Source of the DNA: an uncultured virus (IMG/VR IMGVR_UViG_3300006128_000009)
Taxonomy: Duplodnaviria; Heunggongvirae; Uroviricota; Caudoviricetes
IMG/VR virus record: IMGVR_UViG_3300006128_000009
Direction: 5' to 3' (one strand)
DNA length: 64,000 nt
Shown: piece by piece, positions 9,785-19,045 of the stretch
Position numbering within the stretch: the first letter of the stretch is position 1
Layout of the letters: each line of letters opens with the position of its first letter
Translations under genes and position numbers: made by a program
The notes under the pieces: model-generated
The model's input: the letters and a program-made list of their open reading frames with translations, nothing else
Databases searched by the model: none
Told to the model about the DNA's origin: nothing

Positions 9785-10263
9785 ACCTCAACCTCCGATA
9801 TATTATAATCTTCTTCCTTTGCATTGTTTGTTAATATTTCTTCATTAACATTTACATTTTTATCTTCAACAATTTTTTCACTTCGTGCTTCTCCTTCTAT
9901 ACTCGCATTTGAAGAACTATTATATTTTAAATCAACAAGACCTTGTGCTCCAATATAAACAGATATCACAAGACCAAATATTTCTATTATCTTTGTGAAT
10001 ATTGTAGAATATGCTGTTACTACGATATCATGATCGGTTGGTATAAGAAAAAGAAATCCAACCGCCATTAAAAACATAATAACAATCATAACTATTGCTG
10101 AAAATATTACAAAAAACTTTTTAGATGAAAGATGGTTAGTATCTTCCATCACTTTTTGTAATTCAGGAGGAGTATTGGGTGGTGCTTTTCCGTTTGTAAG
10201 AAAAGCACTTGCCGTTTGAGCTATATTGACAACATTCTGCCACATATAGCTACTTATACTCAA
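9781..10263 (-). CDS. Putative holin (two transmembrane helices)
   Basis: SSKKFF then two hydrophobic segments ending YIGAQGLVD; immediately upstream of the endolysin; TTG start. Confidence 0.65.
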   Translation of the reverse strand: MSISSYMWQNVVNIAQTASAFLTNGKAPPNTPPELQKVMEDTNHLSSKKFFVIFSAIVMIVIMFLMAVGFLFLIPTDHDIVVTAYSTIFTKIIEIFGLVISVYIGAQGLVDLKYNSSSNASIEGEARSEKIVEDKNVNVNEEILTNNAKEEDYNISEVEV

Positions 10264-10267
10264 AAGT

Positions 10268-10450
10268 TTAAACTAGAGTACCTAGAATAAACCCAACGAT
10301 GAATGCTATGATAGCAGTTGCTGATTTAGGATGGTTATATCCCCATTTATAAAGCCAATTAATAACATTAAATGTATCTTTTTTTACAATAGGTATTTCT
10401 TTGGCTATAAATGACTCAGCTGCTGATATTTTTTCCGTTAATGTTGTCAT
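10268..10450 (-). CDS. Small C-terminally anchored membrane protein in lysis cassette
   Basis: HPKSATAIIAFIVGFILGTLV tail anchor. Confidence 0.6.
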   Translation of the reverse strand: MTTLTEKISAAESFIAKEIPIVKKDTFNVINWLYKWGYNHPKSATAIIAFIVGFILGTLV

Positions 10451-11004
10451 AAGAAGAATAAACCGTTTGATTTAGCGTAGAAATATAAGCCTATTAAAAT
10501 TAATAGACTAATAATAATAACATTTCTCCAAAGGATAGCTAAATCCTTTTTATAAATTTGCTGTTGAAGATGATTTAAATCTATAACCATTTTATCAGAC
10601 ATTTTTTTCTGCTTTTCTAATTCTTTATTGTCATTTTCTATCTGTTTTGCCTTTTGGATATTATCTTCTTCAAAAATTCTCTTTATATCCCGATCTTTTA
10701 AAAGATTTTGATAATCATCGGAACCAACTACTACAACTTTATCATTTTTATACTGATCCGGAACCACAACAACTCTCGTTTTTGATTTATCCGATTCATA
10801 AATCGAATTTACTTTGATTGGATTTTTTGGTGGTTTAATGAATTTGGTAGTTTCATTTGAATAAAACCAAGCCATGTCGATTCTTGCTTTTTCCAAAGAA
10901 GAATTCACCGCATAAACATTCTTACTAACAGCTTCTGACTGTTTTTCAGTATAAACCGTACAAGAAGTTAAAAATAATGTTAAAAAAATTAAAGATTTTT
11001 TCAT
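10447..11004 (-). CDS. Probable unimolecular spanin (lipoprotein plus C-terminal TMD)
   Basis: Likely start MKKSLIFLTLFLTSC (lipobox LTS-C), coiled coil, C-terminal TMD VIIISLLILIGLYFYA; in lysis cassette. Confidence 0.65.
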   Translation of the reverse strand: MKKSLIFLTLFLTSCTVYTEKQSEAVSKNVYAVNSSLEKARIDMAWFYSNETTKFIKPPKNPIKVNSIYESDKSKTRVVVVPDQYKNDKVVVVGSDDYQNLLKDRDIKRIFEEDNIQKAKQIENDNKELEKQKKMSDKMVIDLNHLQQQIYKKDLAILWRNVIIISLLILIGLYFYAKSNGLFFL

Positions 11005-11005
11005 A

Positions 11006-11257
11006 TTAATCCTTTCTAAAAAGAATATCATCCTGATAAGCAGGTAAGGATGAAGAATTAAAAGCAGTTGGTAAATCATGACTACAAGTATTGTAATCAT
11101 TGTAACTAATTGCAGTTGCTAGATATTTAGAAGCATCAAAATCTTCATTTAAAACAAAAGAATTGCTTTTTGCTTCTTGAATATCAATCAGTCTTTCAAG
11201 TTTAGTAGAGATTCTCTCTACTGCATCTACGAGTCTATTAAACGTATAATTGTCCAT
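11006..11257 (-). CDS. Hypothetical protein
   Basis: 83-aa ORF; TTGACT-16-TATATA directly upstream. Confidence 0.6.
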   Translation of the reverse strand: MDNYTFNRLVDAVERISTKLERLIDIQEAKSNSFVLNEDFDASKYLATAISYNDYNTCSHDLPTAFNSSSLPAYQDDILFRKD

Positions 11258-11306
11258 ATAAAATATATAACACGAAAAATCCCAAAGTCAAATTTAGCCA
11301 AGAAAA

Positions 11307-11365
11307 TATTCAGTAAATACTATAATGTTCAGTATATTCAGTATATTTTATATTTTTAGTATATT
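11307..11365. repeat. Imperfect short direct repeats TT(C/T)AGTA(T/A)AT x4 in an AT-rich intergenic region
   Basis: ttcagtaaat, ttcagtatat, ttcagtatat, tttagtatat. Confidence 0.6.
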
Positions 11366-11401
11366 AAAACTTAAAACAAGGAATTAAAAGGACGACATCC
11401 T

Positions 11402-11430
11402 ATTTTACAAACCACTGGATACATTGTCAA
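11402..11430 (-). promoter_or_regulatory. Near-consensus sigma70 promoter with no adjacent ORF
   Basis: TTGACA-17 nt-TAAAAT on the minus strand. Confidence 0.6.
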
Positions 11431-11434
11431 GGGG

Positions 11435-11914
11435 TTAAGATAGCTTTTTCTTAATTTTTATTAAAAATTCCTCATCTTCTCCTGTAGGAATTATACAAGG
11501 TAATCCATTAAAAGTACCTTTTACATCTTGAAATGGTCTTCTGTTATCTTTAATTTTGATAAAAGAAGGTAACCTTTTAGAAAGGACAGATTTTACCTTT
11601 TGTATCCTTTTTAAAGGGTCAGAATAATAATTAGACCATGCATTTAACTCTGATTTTTCATTGAAATAACATAGAATTTTACAGTTTAACTCCTTTTCTT
11701 TCTTTTTCATGGTCATTAAACCAAGTTCTATGCTCTGATTTATAAAAGTATTGAAAATATTAGGCTTAGAAGACACTTTATTGTCTTTTAAGAGCATCCA
11801 TTCCTGACAATAATCAACATAATCAGCCAAAAGTTCTTCTATGTAATCGAAAATATCAAAAACCAATACGTTATCTTTGATATAATACAGGAAATATTGT
11901 TTATTGGTTCTCAT
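11435..11914 (-). CDS. Hypothetical protein
   Basis: 159-aa ORF overlapping the upstream gene. Confidence 0.65.
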   Translation of the reverse strand: MRTNKQYFLYYIKDNVLVFDIFDYIEELLADYVDYCQEWMLLKDNKVSSKPNIFNTFINQSIELGLMTMKKKEKELNCKILCYFNEKSELNAWSNYYSDPLKRIQKVKSVLSKRLPSFIKIKDNRRPFQDVKGTFNGLPCIIPTGEDEEFLIKIKKKLS

Positions 11915-12446
11915 TCCTATTAGATATTATAACATCTAATAGTAATTTCTCAACAACTTCTTTTGGTAAAGCTTGTTGTGCGTATTTTACACTCTCAATT
12001 ATCTGTTTATACTGCTCTTCGAGTCTTTCTTTGATTTCAAATGCAACTATATTCTGATCTTTGGTCAAATCAGCATAGGAACGCTTCTGTTGGAACTGTA
12101 ATGCCTCTAATAATGGTTGACCTGTATTTGCTATGATCGCAGCAAGTCTCTTGAAAAAGCGATTTAAAGGCGATTCTACTGATGATTCTGTGAAATTTGA
12201 TAGTGTCTCATACAAATAAGTCAGTATTATTGATTTTTCGACACTTTCTTTAACTCCAGCCAAGAATTCTGGACCTCTTATATGAATTTTACCATAAGGA
12301 TTATAAGGACAACCAGTTCCTATAACCTTTGAACCACAAAAAATGCATTTATTGGGAACATCAAAATGAACATGTGTCTTTGTTGGACTATAAAGACACG
12401 GTCTTCCATAATATTTTGAGTTACAGTATATACAATGCGAATCCAT
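11901..12446 (-). CDS. Protein with two tandem CxxC-x8-C-x7/8-H Zn-binding repeats
   Basis: CIYC...GRPC...H and CIFC...GTGC...H; start at MDSHC, TAAATA 8 nt upstream. Confidence 0.65.
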   Translation of the reverse strand: MDSHCIYCNSKYYGRPCLYSPTKTHVHFDVPNKCIFCGSKVIGTGCPYNPYGKIHIRGPEFLAGVKESVEKSIILTYLYETLSNFTESSVESPLNRFFKRLAAIIANTGQPLLEALQFQQKRSYADLTKDQNIVAFEIKERLEEQYKQIIESVKYAQQALPKEVVEKLLLDVIISNRNENQ

Positions 12447-12450
12447 TATC

Positions 12451-12888
12451 TTAATATTTATTGTTTGTGTTATATTTATCCAATTCTGCCTTCGGAGCTT
12501 TACCAATTCTACAATTTATTATGCCATTATGGTAATCTTCTCTAAATAAAACATCTTTATCTATTTGTTCTTTTATTTCATAATAAGCTAAAGCCCATTT
12601 AGAATCACAAGTTCTTAATATTTTAAAAATAAACTTATCTTTTCCGTAATTTTTAATCTCCTCATTAAGTTCATTAGATGAACTAGTGTATTCTTTCCAA
12701 TCAGATTCTTTATAGTCAATTCTATTTCGCTTTTTACCCTTTAATGGCTTTCTTTTAATACGAGATTGACATTGTTTTTTACCAATATACTTTTTATTCG
12801 TAATAGTATTGGTGATTTCATAAATGAAACCGAACGTTTCTTCTGTTATTTCAACAGATTCATTTAAAATCCAATGACCTAAATCCAT
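12451..12888 (-). CDS. Stand-alone GIY-YIG nuclease (EndoII/DenA-like size)
   Basis: GFIYEITNTITNKKYIGKKQ...ESDWKEYTSSS...YYEIKEQ...YHNG. Confidence 0.8.
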   Translation of the reverse strand: MDLGHWILNESVEITEETFGFIYEITNTITNKKYIGKKQCQSRIKRKPLKGKKRNRIDYKESDWKEYTSSSNELNEEIKNYGKDKFIFKILRTCDSKWALAYYEIKEQIDKDVLFREDYHNGIINCRIGKAPKAELDKYNTNNKY

Positions 12889-13205
12889 TATCTAGCACCT
12901 AAAAATGTTTCTGGAAATGTTCTTTTGATTACTGGAAACATTTTAGCTGTTTTTGGCTTTAAAGATTTAACTTTTCCTTTTTTTGTTCCCATTTTATGTG
13001 ATTTGGGTGGTTTTCTTTCTTTTTTATTTGTATCATATGCTCCAAATATATTTCTTGCATCACTAGCACCTGTTTTTGGATCTACTGCATATCTATCACC
13101 ACTAAAAACACTTGACGGTTGTTGTGGATGTCCTAAAACACCACCTGCGGTACTATTACTCATTTCTTGTAATACGCTAGAAATTATTAGTTGAAGTTTA
13201 TTCAT
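12888..13205 (-). CDS. Small basic late protein
   Basis: MNKLQLIISSVLQE start, Lys-rich C-terminal half; TAAGTA upstream. Confidence 0.6.
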   Translation of the reverse strand: MNKLQLIISSVLQEMSNSTAGGVLGHPQQPSSVFSGDRYAVDPKTGASDARNIFGAYDTNKKERKPPKSHKMGTKKGKVKSLKPKTAKMFPVIKRTFPETFLGAR

Positions 13206-13234
13206 AATGTGATATATTAATACTTAATATATTT

Positions 13235-13630
13235 ATGGATATTTTTGAAAAATATAATGAGGAAATAAAAGAAGACGTTAAACTTGATCAGCTTAATTTG
13301 TTAGACAAGCAATTAATGTTACCCGCATTAAGACATAAATGGGTTTCTAGATTAATGATTCAAAAGAGAAATAGAAACGAATTGGAAAAAAAGAAGAAAG
13401 AATTGAAATATGAAGTTTTAAAAACTTTGAGTAAAGAAATCCCAACAGGAATTCCTAAAACTGCTTTGGAAGCTAAAGTAGAATCTACTGATACTATTCA
13501 GAAAATAAATGAAGATATTCAAGAATGTAATCTTTTAATAGATTATCTTGATAAAGTTGAAAATATTTTTAGAAGTATGACTTATGATCTTAAAAACGTC
13601 ATAGATATTACAAAACTTGAAACTACATGA
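13235..13630 (+). CDS. uvsY: Recombination mediator UvsY
   Basis: EDVKLDQLNL...P..RHKW helical protein with YDLKNVID near the C-terminus; adjacent to uvsW as in T4. Confidence 0.8.
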   Translation: MDIFEKYNEEIKEDVKLDQLNLLDKQLMLPALRHKWVSRLMIQKRNRNELEKKKKELKYEVLKTLSKEIPTGIPKTALEAKVESTDTIQKINEDIQECNLLIDYLDKVENIFRSMTYDLKNVIDITKLETT

Positions 13631-15057
13631 TTGAATTAACTTTAACACCCAATCAAAAGCAAGGTCAGATAAATTCTGATCCATCTAGCCTTGCGTTGAT
13701 TCGTGAAAAGTTTTCAATTTCAAATCCAGCACACAGAAGAAATGCTAGGTTTGTTCCAAAAAGATTATATGCAATTACTCCTTCCGGTAAATTTGAAATC
13801 GGAATGTTGTTGGATATTGTTTCTTATCTTCAAAGTGAACAATTGATATATAAAGTTTCCGATGAATTAAATAAAAAGTTTAAAGTTGGTTTTCCGGAAC
13901 CAAAAATAAAACTATATGAGATGATATATCGTGAACATCAAGAAAAATCTATAAATGCATTATTAAAATTTGGCAGAGGTGTTGTTTGTATTCCAACTGC
14001 TGGTGGTAAAACATTCATAATGTGTGGTTTAATAGAAAGTTTTAGGATAAATAAATCAAAACCAAACGCAAAGGCATTAGTATTAGTGCCTTCCATTCAA
14101 TTGGTTGAACAAACTTCAGATGATTTTAAAAAATACGGCATGGAAAACGTTACAAAGTGGTCTGGTGACAACATACCTGATCCTAATGCCACGACTATTG
14201 TGGCTGGTACACAAATTCTTTTGAGTGATAAAACAGATCTGTCACTTTTAAATGATGTGGATATCTTATTGGTTGATGAAGTTCACGGAATACGTAAGAA
14301 CAATGAAATTAATAAGGTAATGAACTTGATAGAGACAAATCACAAGTTTGGATTCACCGGAACGATGCCTCCTTCATTAATAGACCAATGGAATATAATA
14401 GGAAAGATAGGTCCAATTCTGTATCAAGAAAAAACTTTGGATTTAAAAGAAAAAAAATATATATCAGACTTTAAATTGATAATTTTAAATTTAAAACATA
14501 AAAACATACCAAATTTTCCATATAATCAAAATAGACCTAGTGAAGTCTATGAAAAAGAATTAGAATATTTGATGAACAATCAAAGAAGAAACGAAATAAT
14601 TTGTAAATTGGCTGACAAGTTAAAAAGTAATACTGTAATAATGTGTGATAGAATTGATCACGGTATTAATATTGAAACAAAATTAAAAGAAATATGTGGA
14701 GAAGAAAGACCAATATATTTTATTAGAGGATCGACCGAAATGGAAGAGCGAGAAAGAATCAGATCTTTAATGGACGATAGACATGATGTTATTGTCGTTG
14801 CTATTTCAAAAATATTCAGCACAGGTATTAATATTCCAAATTTACATAACATTATTTTTGCATCTGCTGGAAAAGCTAAAATTAAAATCATGCAGTCCAT
14901 AGGAAGAGCATTACGTTTACATCCTACAAAACAAATGGCGACTATTTTTGATATCTCTGATAATACAAAGTATGGCAAAAAGCACTTAGTAGATAGAGAA
15001 TTATTATACACTTCAGAAAAATACAACTATGAAAAAAAAGACATATACACCTCCTAA
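13627..15057 (+). CDS. uvsW: SF2 helicase UvsW
   Basis: PTAGGKT, DEVH, GFTGT, STGINIPNLHNIIFAS, QSIGRALR. Confidence 0.93.
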   Translation: MIELTLTPNQKQGQINSDPSSLALIREKFSISNPAHRRNARFVPKRLYAITPSGKFEIGMLLDIVSYLQSEQLIYKVSDELNKKFKVGFPEPKIKLYEMIYREHQEKSINALLKFGRGVVCIPTAGGKTFIMCGLIESFRINKSKPNAKALVLVPSIQLVEQTSDDFKKYGMENVTKWSGDNIPDPNATTIVAGTQILLSDKTDLSLLNDVDILLVDEVHGIRKNNEINKVMNLIETNHKFGFTGTMPPSLIDQWNIIGKIGPILYQEKTLDLKEKKYISDFKLIILNLKHKNIPNFPYNQNRPSEVYEKELEYLMNNQRRNEIICKLADKLKSNTVIMCDRIDHGINIETKLKEICGEERPIYFIRGSTEMEERERIRSLMDDRHDVIVVAISKIFSTGINIPNLHNIIFASAGKAKIKIMQSIGRALRLHPTKQMATIFDISDNTKYGKKHLVDRELLYTSEKYNYEKKDIYTS

Positions 15058-15679
15058 AAAGAAAACAAAAATCAAAAATGATGACTTTGATGATTTAATT
15101 TATCACGATGCTATCGATGAAGGTCATGATTTAAGAGATGATCATGAAGAAGAATTGTTGATAAACGAAGAAGATGAAGAAGTTGATCTTGTTGAGGAAT
15201 CAAATAAAGAAGATGATAATAAGTTCACTTACGACCTACCAAAAAGAAGAGGAAGAAAGCCACAAGATAAAAATTCAGAAAATTTTTATGTAGATCCAAA
15301 AAAATTCGATGATGAAATAGTGAAATATTACGAGTCAGATAAAATGTCAAACGAATTAGCTGATATGATAAGCAAGATATCTCATAAATTAAGCTATGCA
15401 AAAAATTTCATAAATTACACATACCGTGAAGATATGGTAGGTGATGGTGTAATAAGAATGATGAAAGCATTGATGTCCAAAAAGTATAATAGAGATAAAG
15501 GAACAAATCCTTTCTCTTATTTCACAAGAATTGCGTTTAATGCATTTAGAAACAGAATAAAAAAAGAAAAACACATGGCAAAAACCCATGAAAAATATCA
15601 AGAAGAACTCTTGATGATGTCCTCGAATTATAATACAATAGTAAAGAACAATAATACGAGGATAGATCGAGAACGATGA
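15029..15679 (+). CDS. gp55: Late-transcription sigma factor (gp55) with acidic N-terminal extension
   Basis: LSYAKNFINYTYREDMVGDG...NPFSYFTRIAFNAFRNRIKKEK. Confidence 0.93.
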   Translation: MKKKTYTPPKKKTKIKNDDFDDLIYHDAIDEGHDLRDDHEEELLINEEDEEVDLVEESNKEDDNKFTYDLPKRRGRKPQDKNSENFYVDPKKFDDEIVKYYESDKMSNELADMISKISHKLSYAKNFINYTYREDMVGDGVIRMMKALMSKKYNRDKGTNPFSYFTRIAFNAFRNRIKKEKHMAKTHEKYQEELLMMSSNYNTIVKNNNTRIDRER

Positions 15680-16731
15680 GTAAATTCCACATTAAAGGTA
15701 AAAAGATAGGTATCCTTTCGGATATCCATCTTGGTTTAGGTCAAGATAGCAAGCAATGGCATGATGTTGCTTTAGATTTTGCTAATTGGGCTGCTGATAC
15801 CTTTATTGATAAGGGAATTAATGACATAGTGATACCCGGTGATGTGTTTCACAACAGAACTGAGATCAATGTAAACACAATAGCAGTAGCTAAAATCTTT
15901 TTTGATCATTTCAAGGACTTTAGAATCTTTATTTCTAGTGGAAACCATGATAGTTTCTATAAAGATAAGAGTACTATTAATTCAATTTCCATTTTAGATG
16001 GTTGGAATAATATTCATGTTATTGATCAACACCCAATAACAATCAAAACTGATTATGAAGACATAGTTTTAGTTCCTTGGGGTACTAAATTTGAAGATAT
16101 TCCCGAAACAAAAGGAATAATCTTCGGTCATTTTGAAATTAGTTCTTTTTATATGAATAGTTATAAGGTTTGTGAGCACGGAATTGAATCCAAAGACCTT
16201 TTAACAAAAGCTCCATATATTATATCTGGTCACTTTCATAAAAGAGATCATAGAAAGTATAAAAACGGTAACATTCTTTATGTCGGTAGTTGTTTTCAGC
16301 ACAATTTCGGTGATGCTGGGGATGATAGAGGCATTTATGTTTTTGATTTATCTGATAATTCGTTTGAATTTATTGAAAATAATATTTCACCGAAACATTA
16401 TAAAATATCAGTAAAAGAACTGAAGAAAAATAAAGAAAAATACAATGATGTTATAGAAAAAAACATCGTAAGCATTGTTGTAGATGAAAAAATCGATCAA
16501 GATGAGTTGTTATCACTTACAACGAGTGTGTTTAAAGATAAAAAACCATTAGCATATCGAACAGATTACGTTAATGAAGATGAAATAAAATTAAATGACG
16601 AAGATAAAAATATAGATTCCGGTAATATCTTAAAAGATATTGAAGAATTTGTAGAAAATCTAGATGTCGAATATAAAAAAGAAATAATTGAATATTTAAC
16701 AGAAACATATAAACTATTAACCAATGAATAA
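15676..16731 (+). CDS. gp47: Recombination endonuclease subunit (gp47/Mre11/SbcD)
   Basis: SDIHLG, GDVFHNR, GNHD, GHFE, SGHFH metallophosphoesterase motifs. Confidence 0.93.
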   Translation: MSKFHIKGKKIGILSDIHLGLGQDSKQWHDVALDFANWAADTFIDKGINDIVIPGDVFHNRTEINVNTIAVAKIFFDHFKDFRIFISSGNHDSFYKDKSTINSISILDGWNNIHVIDQHPITIKTDYEDIVLVPWGTKFEDIPETKGIIFGHFEISSFYMNSYKVCEHGIESKDLLTKAPYIISGHFHKRDHRKYKNGNILYVGSCFQHNFGDAGDDRGIYVFDLSDNSFEFIENNISPKHYKISVKELKKNKEKYNDVIEKNIVSIVVDEKIDQDELLSLTTSVFKDKKPLAYRTDYVNEDEIKLNDEDKNIDSGNILKDIEEFVENLDVEYKKEIIEYLTETYKLLTNE

Positions 16732-17485
16732 CGAAATCGGAATAGGAATCCTCGACCTTTATACTGAGGAAGATATACAAAATTGCTATAACTCAATACC
16801 ACAAGAGCTTCATGAGAACGTTTTTGTGGTTAGTAATAACAATAATAAAGCAATTATATCTAATACTAAACAATATTCGTCTCCGATTCAATTAGCAACA
16901 ATGAGAAATTGGTTGATCTCTCAGATGAGAATCAAAGGACTCAAATATTACTTCCTTATACATTCAAATCAAACAATAAAAGACTCTAATATTTTTGAAA
17001 ATACCATAAAATTAGCAGAAACCTTTGGAACATGGGTAGTGATGGGTCCATCGACAGACAATGTTCCGATGGAAGATGATGAATCAAATCTTACACTGAA
17101 TCTTTCTGTTAATATGAATACAGAATTCATGTTTTTATTCTCAGGTATAGTAAAAACTTTTGGGTATTTTGATGAAAGATATTTTAATGGTAAAGAAATC
17201 GATGTTTTGGATTATATCTTAAAATTAAGAGCCAAAAATGCATATCCACCATCGAATTATCATCCTACAATAGTAGACGGCATAGAATCAAATAAAAAAC
17301 CCATTAATAAAATGGGATTAAAGGATATTCCAGACACAGATAAGAGCGTACAAGTTTCTTACGCTTATTTTTTCAACAACCACAAATATATTCCAACTCA
17401 AAACGATCCAAAGTTTGTTACTACTGATGTTTTATTAGTTGAAATGGAAAAAATACAAAAGAATTATGCCAAACCTAGAAAATAA
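16724..17485 (+). CDS. Degenerate GT2-like paralogue lacking the DxD motif
   Basis: IGIGIL N-terminus, GYFDERY; YFLIHSN where the paralogues have FTLEDD/FLIEDD. Confidence 0.6.
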   Translation: MNNEIGIGILDLYTEEDIQNCYNSIPQELHENVFVVSNNNNKAIISNTKQYSSPIQLATMRNWLISQMRIKGLKYYFLIHSNQTIKDSNIFENTIKLAETFGTWVVMGPSTDNVPMEDDESNLTLNLSVNMNTEFMFLFSGIVKTFGYFDERYFNGKEIDVLDYILKLRAKNAYPPSNYHPTIVDGIESNKKPINKMGLKDIPDTDKSVQVSYAYFFNNHKYIPTQNDPKFVTTDVLLVEMEKIQKNYAKPRK

Positions 17486-18257
17486 AATTGGAATAGGTAT
17501 TATAACTTGTAATAGACCGGATTTTTTCTGGAAATGTTATTATTCTGTTCCTGAAAAGTACAGAGAGCATATCATCATTGTAAATGATGGAAAATCATTT
17601 GAGTTTAATGAAACAGCATATCGATTTGTACAACACGAAACAAATAAAAACGTTGGTTATAGCAAAAATGAAGCAATGCAAATGCTCCTCGATAGAGGAT
17701 ATGATTATATTTTTACCCTAGAAGACGATATAATCATAAAAGATCCAGATATTTTTGAAAAATACATTGAAGCATCACACAAAACGGGAATTAAACATTT
17801 TAATTTTGGTTTTTCTCAAAGAGAAAACTTAGATCACAATTTAAAACCAGTTTATCGCAAAACTATAGATTACGGTGATCTTAAAATTGTATTAACACCG
17901 AATATTCTTGGTGCTTTTACGTTTTACACAAGACAAGCTCTTCAAACTATTGGATTACACCATAAAGATTTTAATAAAGGTCATGGCGATCATCTAGAAC
18001 TCACCTACAGAGCAGCTAAACACACTTTAACAACGCCTTTCTGGTGGTTTGCTGATCTATATGGTAGTTGGGATATGATTGAAAATCAAAGTAACTTTAC
18101 AACAGACTCAGTAGTTAGAAGTAAAAACTTTGAACAGAACTTTAATGAGGCTAGATCAATATTCAAACGCCTTCATGGACATGATATATTTGAAATTCCG
18201 CAATCATCAGAACAAGAAGTAATAAAAATACTTAAAGATTTAAAACAAAATAAATAA
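17466..18257 (+). CDS. GT2 glycosyltransferase
   Basis: IGIGIITCNRP, IIVNDG, YIFTLEDD, HLELTYR, PFWWFAD. Confidence 0.85.
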   Translation: MPNLENKIGIGIITCNRPDFFWKCYYSVPEKYREHIIIVNDGKSFEFNETAYRFVQHETNKNVGYSKNEAMQMLLDRGYDYIFTLEDDIIIKDPDIFEKYIEASHKTGIKHFNFGFSQRENLDHNLKPVYRKTIDYGDLKIVLTPNILGAFTFYTRQALQTIGLHHKDFNKGHGDHLELTYRAAKHTLTTPFWWFADLYGSWDMIENQSNFTTDSVVRSKNFEQNFNEARSIFKRLHGHDIFEIPQSSEQEVIKILKDLKQNK

Positions 18258-18258
18258 T

Positions 18259-19044
18259 ATGTTTGAAAAAGATAAAATAGGTATAGGTATAGTCACTTAC
18301 AATTCCGAAAATTACTTTAAAAGTTTATGGAATTCTTTAGATAGTAGCAAATATGATGAAATAGTAGTAGTAAATGGAGGAAATAATTACGAAAACGATT
18401 ATAAATGTAACTGGATACAACATGGGAAAAATTATTATCCAGCAGTATGTAGAAATGATGCTGTTAGATTCTTATTAGAAAGAAAATGTGAATGGATATT
18501 CTTAATTGAAGATGATATGATCATAAAAGATCCCGATATATTTCAGAAATATATTAAAGCATCAAAAGAAAGTGGTTTAAAATACTTTTCATACGTTAGT
18601 ACATCCGGACAAACAGGTACACCTGAAAAAAGAACACCTAAATTGACGGTGAATTATAAAAATGATGTCAGTGTTTGTTGTTACGCCAATATGTGCAATG
18701 AATTCACTATGCACCATAATACTTGTTTTGATAAAGTTGGTTTATATGATACACAATTCAGAGATCCATTTGATATAGATATGGCTTATAGGGAATCTCA
18801 ACAGGATTATTGTTCACCTTTCTGGTGGTTTGCTGACATTAAAGATTCAGATAACTATATTATGAATAATCCTGAAGCAACAAGTAGATTACAAGCAAAG
18901 GATAGACCTGATGGTTCCAGAGAACAGAGAATAATGCAACAGTGGGAGTTGTTTTATAAAAAACATAACTTACATGTTTACGAAATACCTAATATTGAAC
19001 AATCTAAAGTTATTGATAAATTAAATAAAATAAAACCCTTTTAA
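18259..19044 (+). CDS. GT2 glycosyltransferase
   Basis: IGIGIVTYNS, RNDAV, IFLIEDD, VGLYD, DIDMAYR, PFWWFAD. Confidence 0.85.
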   Translation: MFEKDKIGIGIVTYNSENYFKSLWNSLDSSKYDEIVVVNGGNNYENDYKCNWIQHGKNYYPAVCRNDAVRFLLERKCEWIFLIEDDMIIKDPDIFQKYIKASKESGLKYFSYVSTSGQTGTPEKRTPKLTVNYKNDVSVCCYANMCNEFTMHHNTCFDKVGLYDTQFRDPFDIDMAYRESQQDYCSPFWWFADIKDSDNYIMNNPEATSRLQAKDRPDGSREQRIMQQWELFYKKHNLHVYEIPNIEQSKVIDKLNKIKPF

Positions 19045-19045
19045 T

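Noticed and set aside
11307..11365. CRISPR mini-array
   Set aside because: Repeats are ~10 nt, irregularly spaced and lack spacers; no cas genes
12451..12888. Mobile homing endonuclease
   Set aside because: Only 145 aa with no evident C-terminal DNA-binding repeats; better fits a stand-alone EndoII-like nuclease
14658..15601. Short antisense or nested ORFs here and across the track (e.g. 5922, 12925, 27303, 27951, 38116, 51409)
   Set aside because: They overlap motif-supported genes and have no recognisable features or promoters
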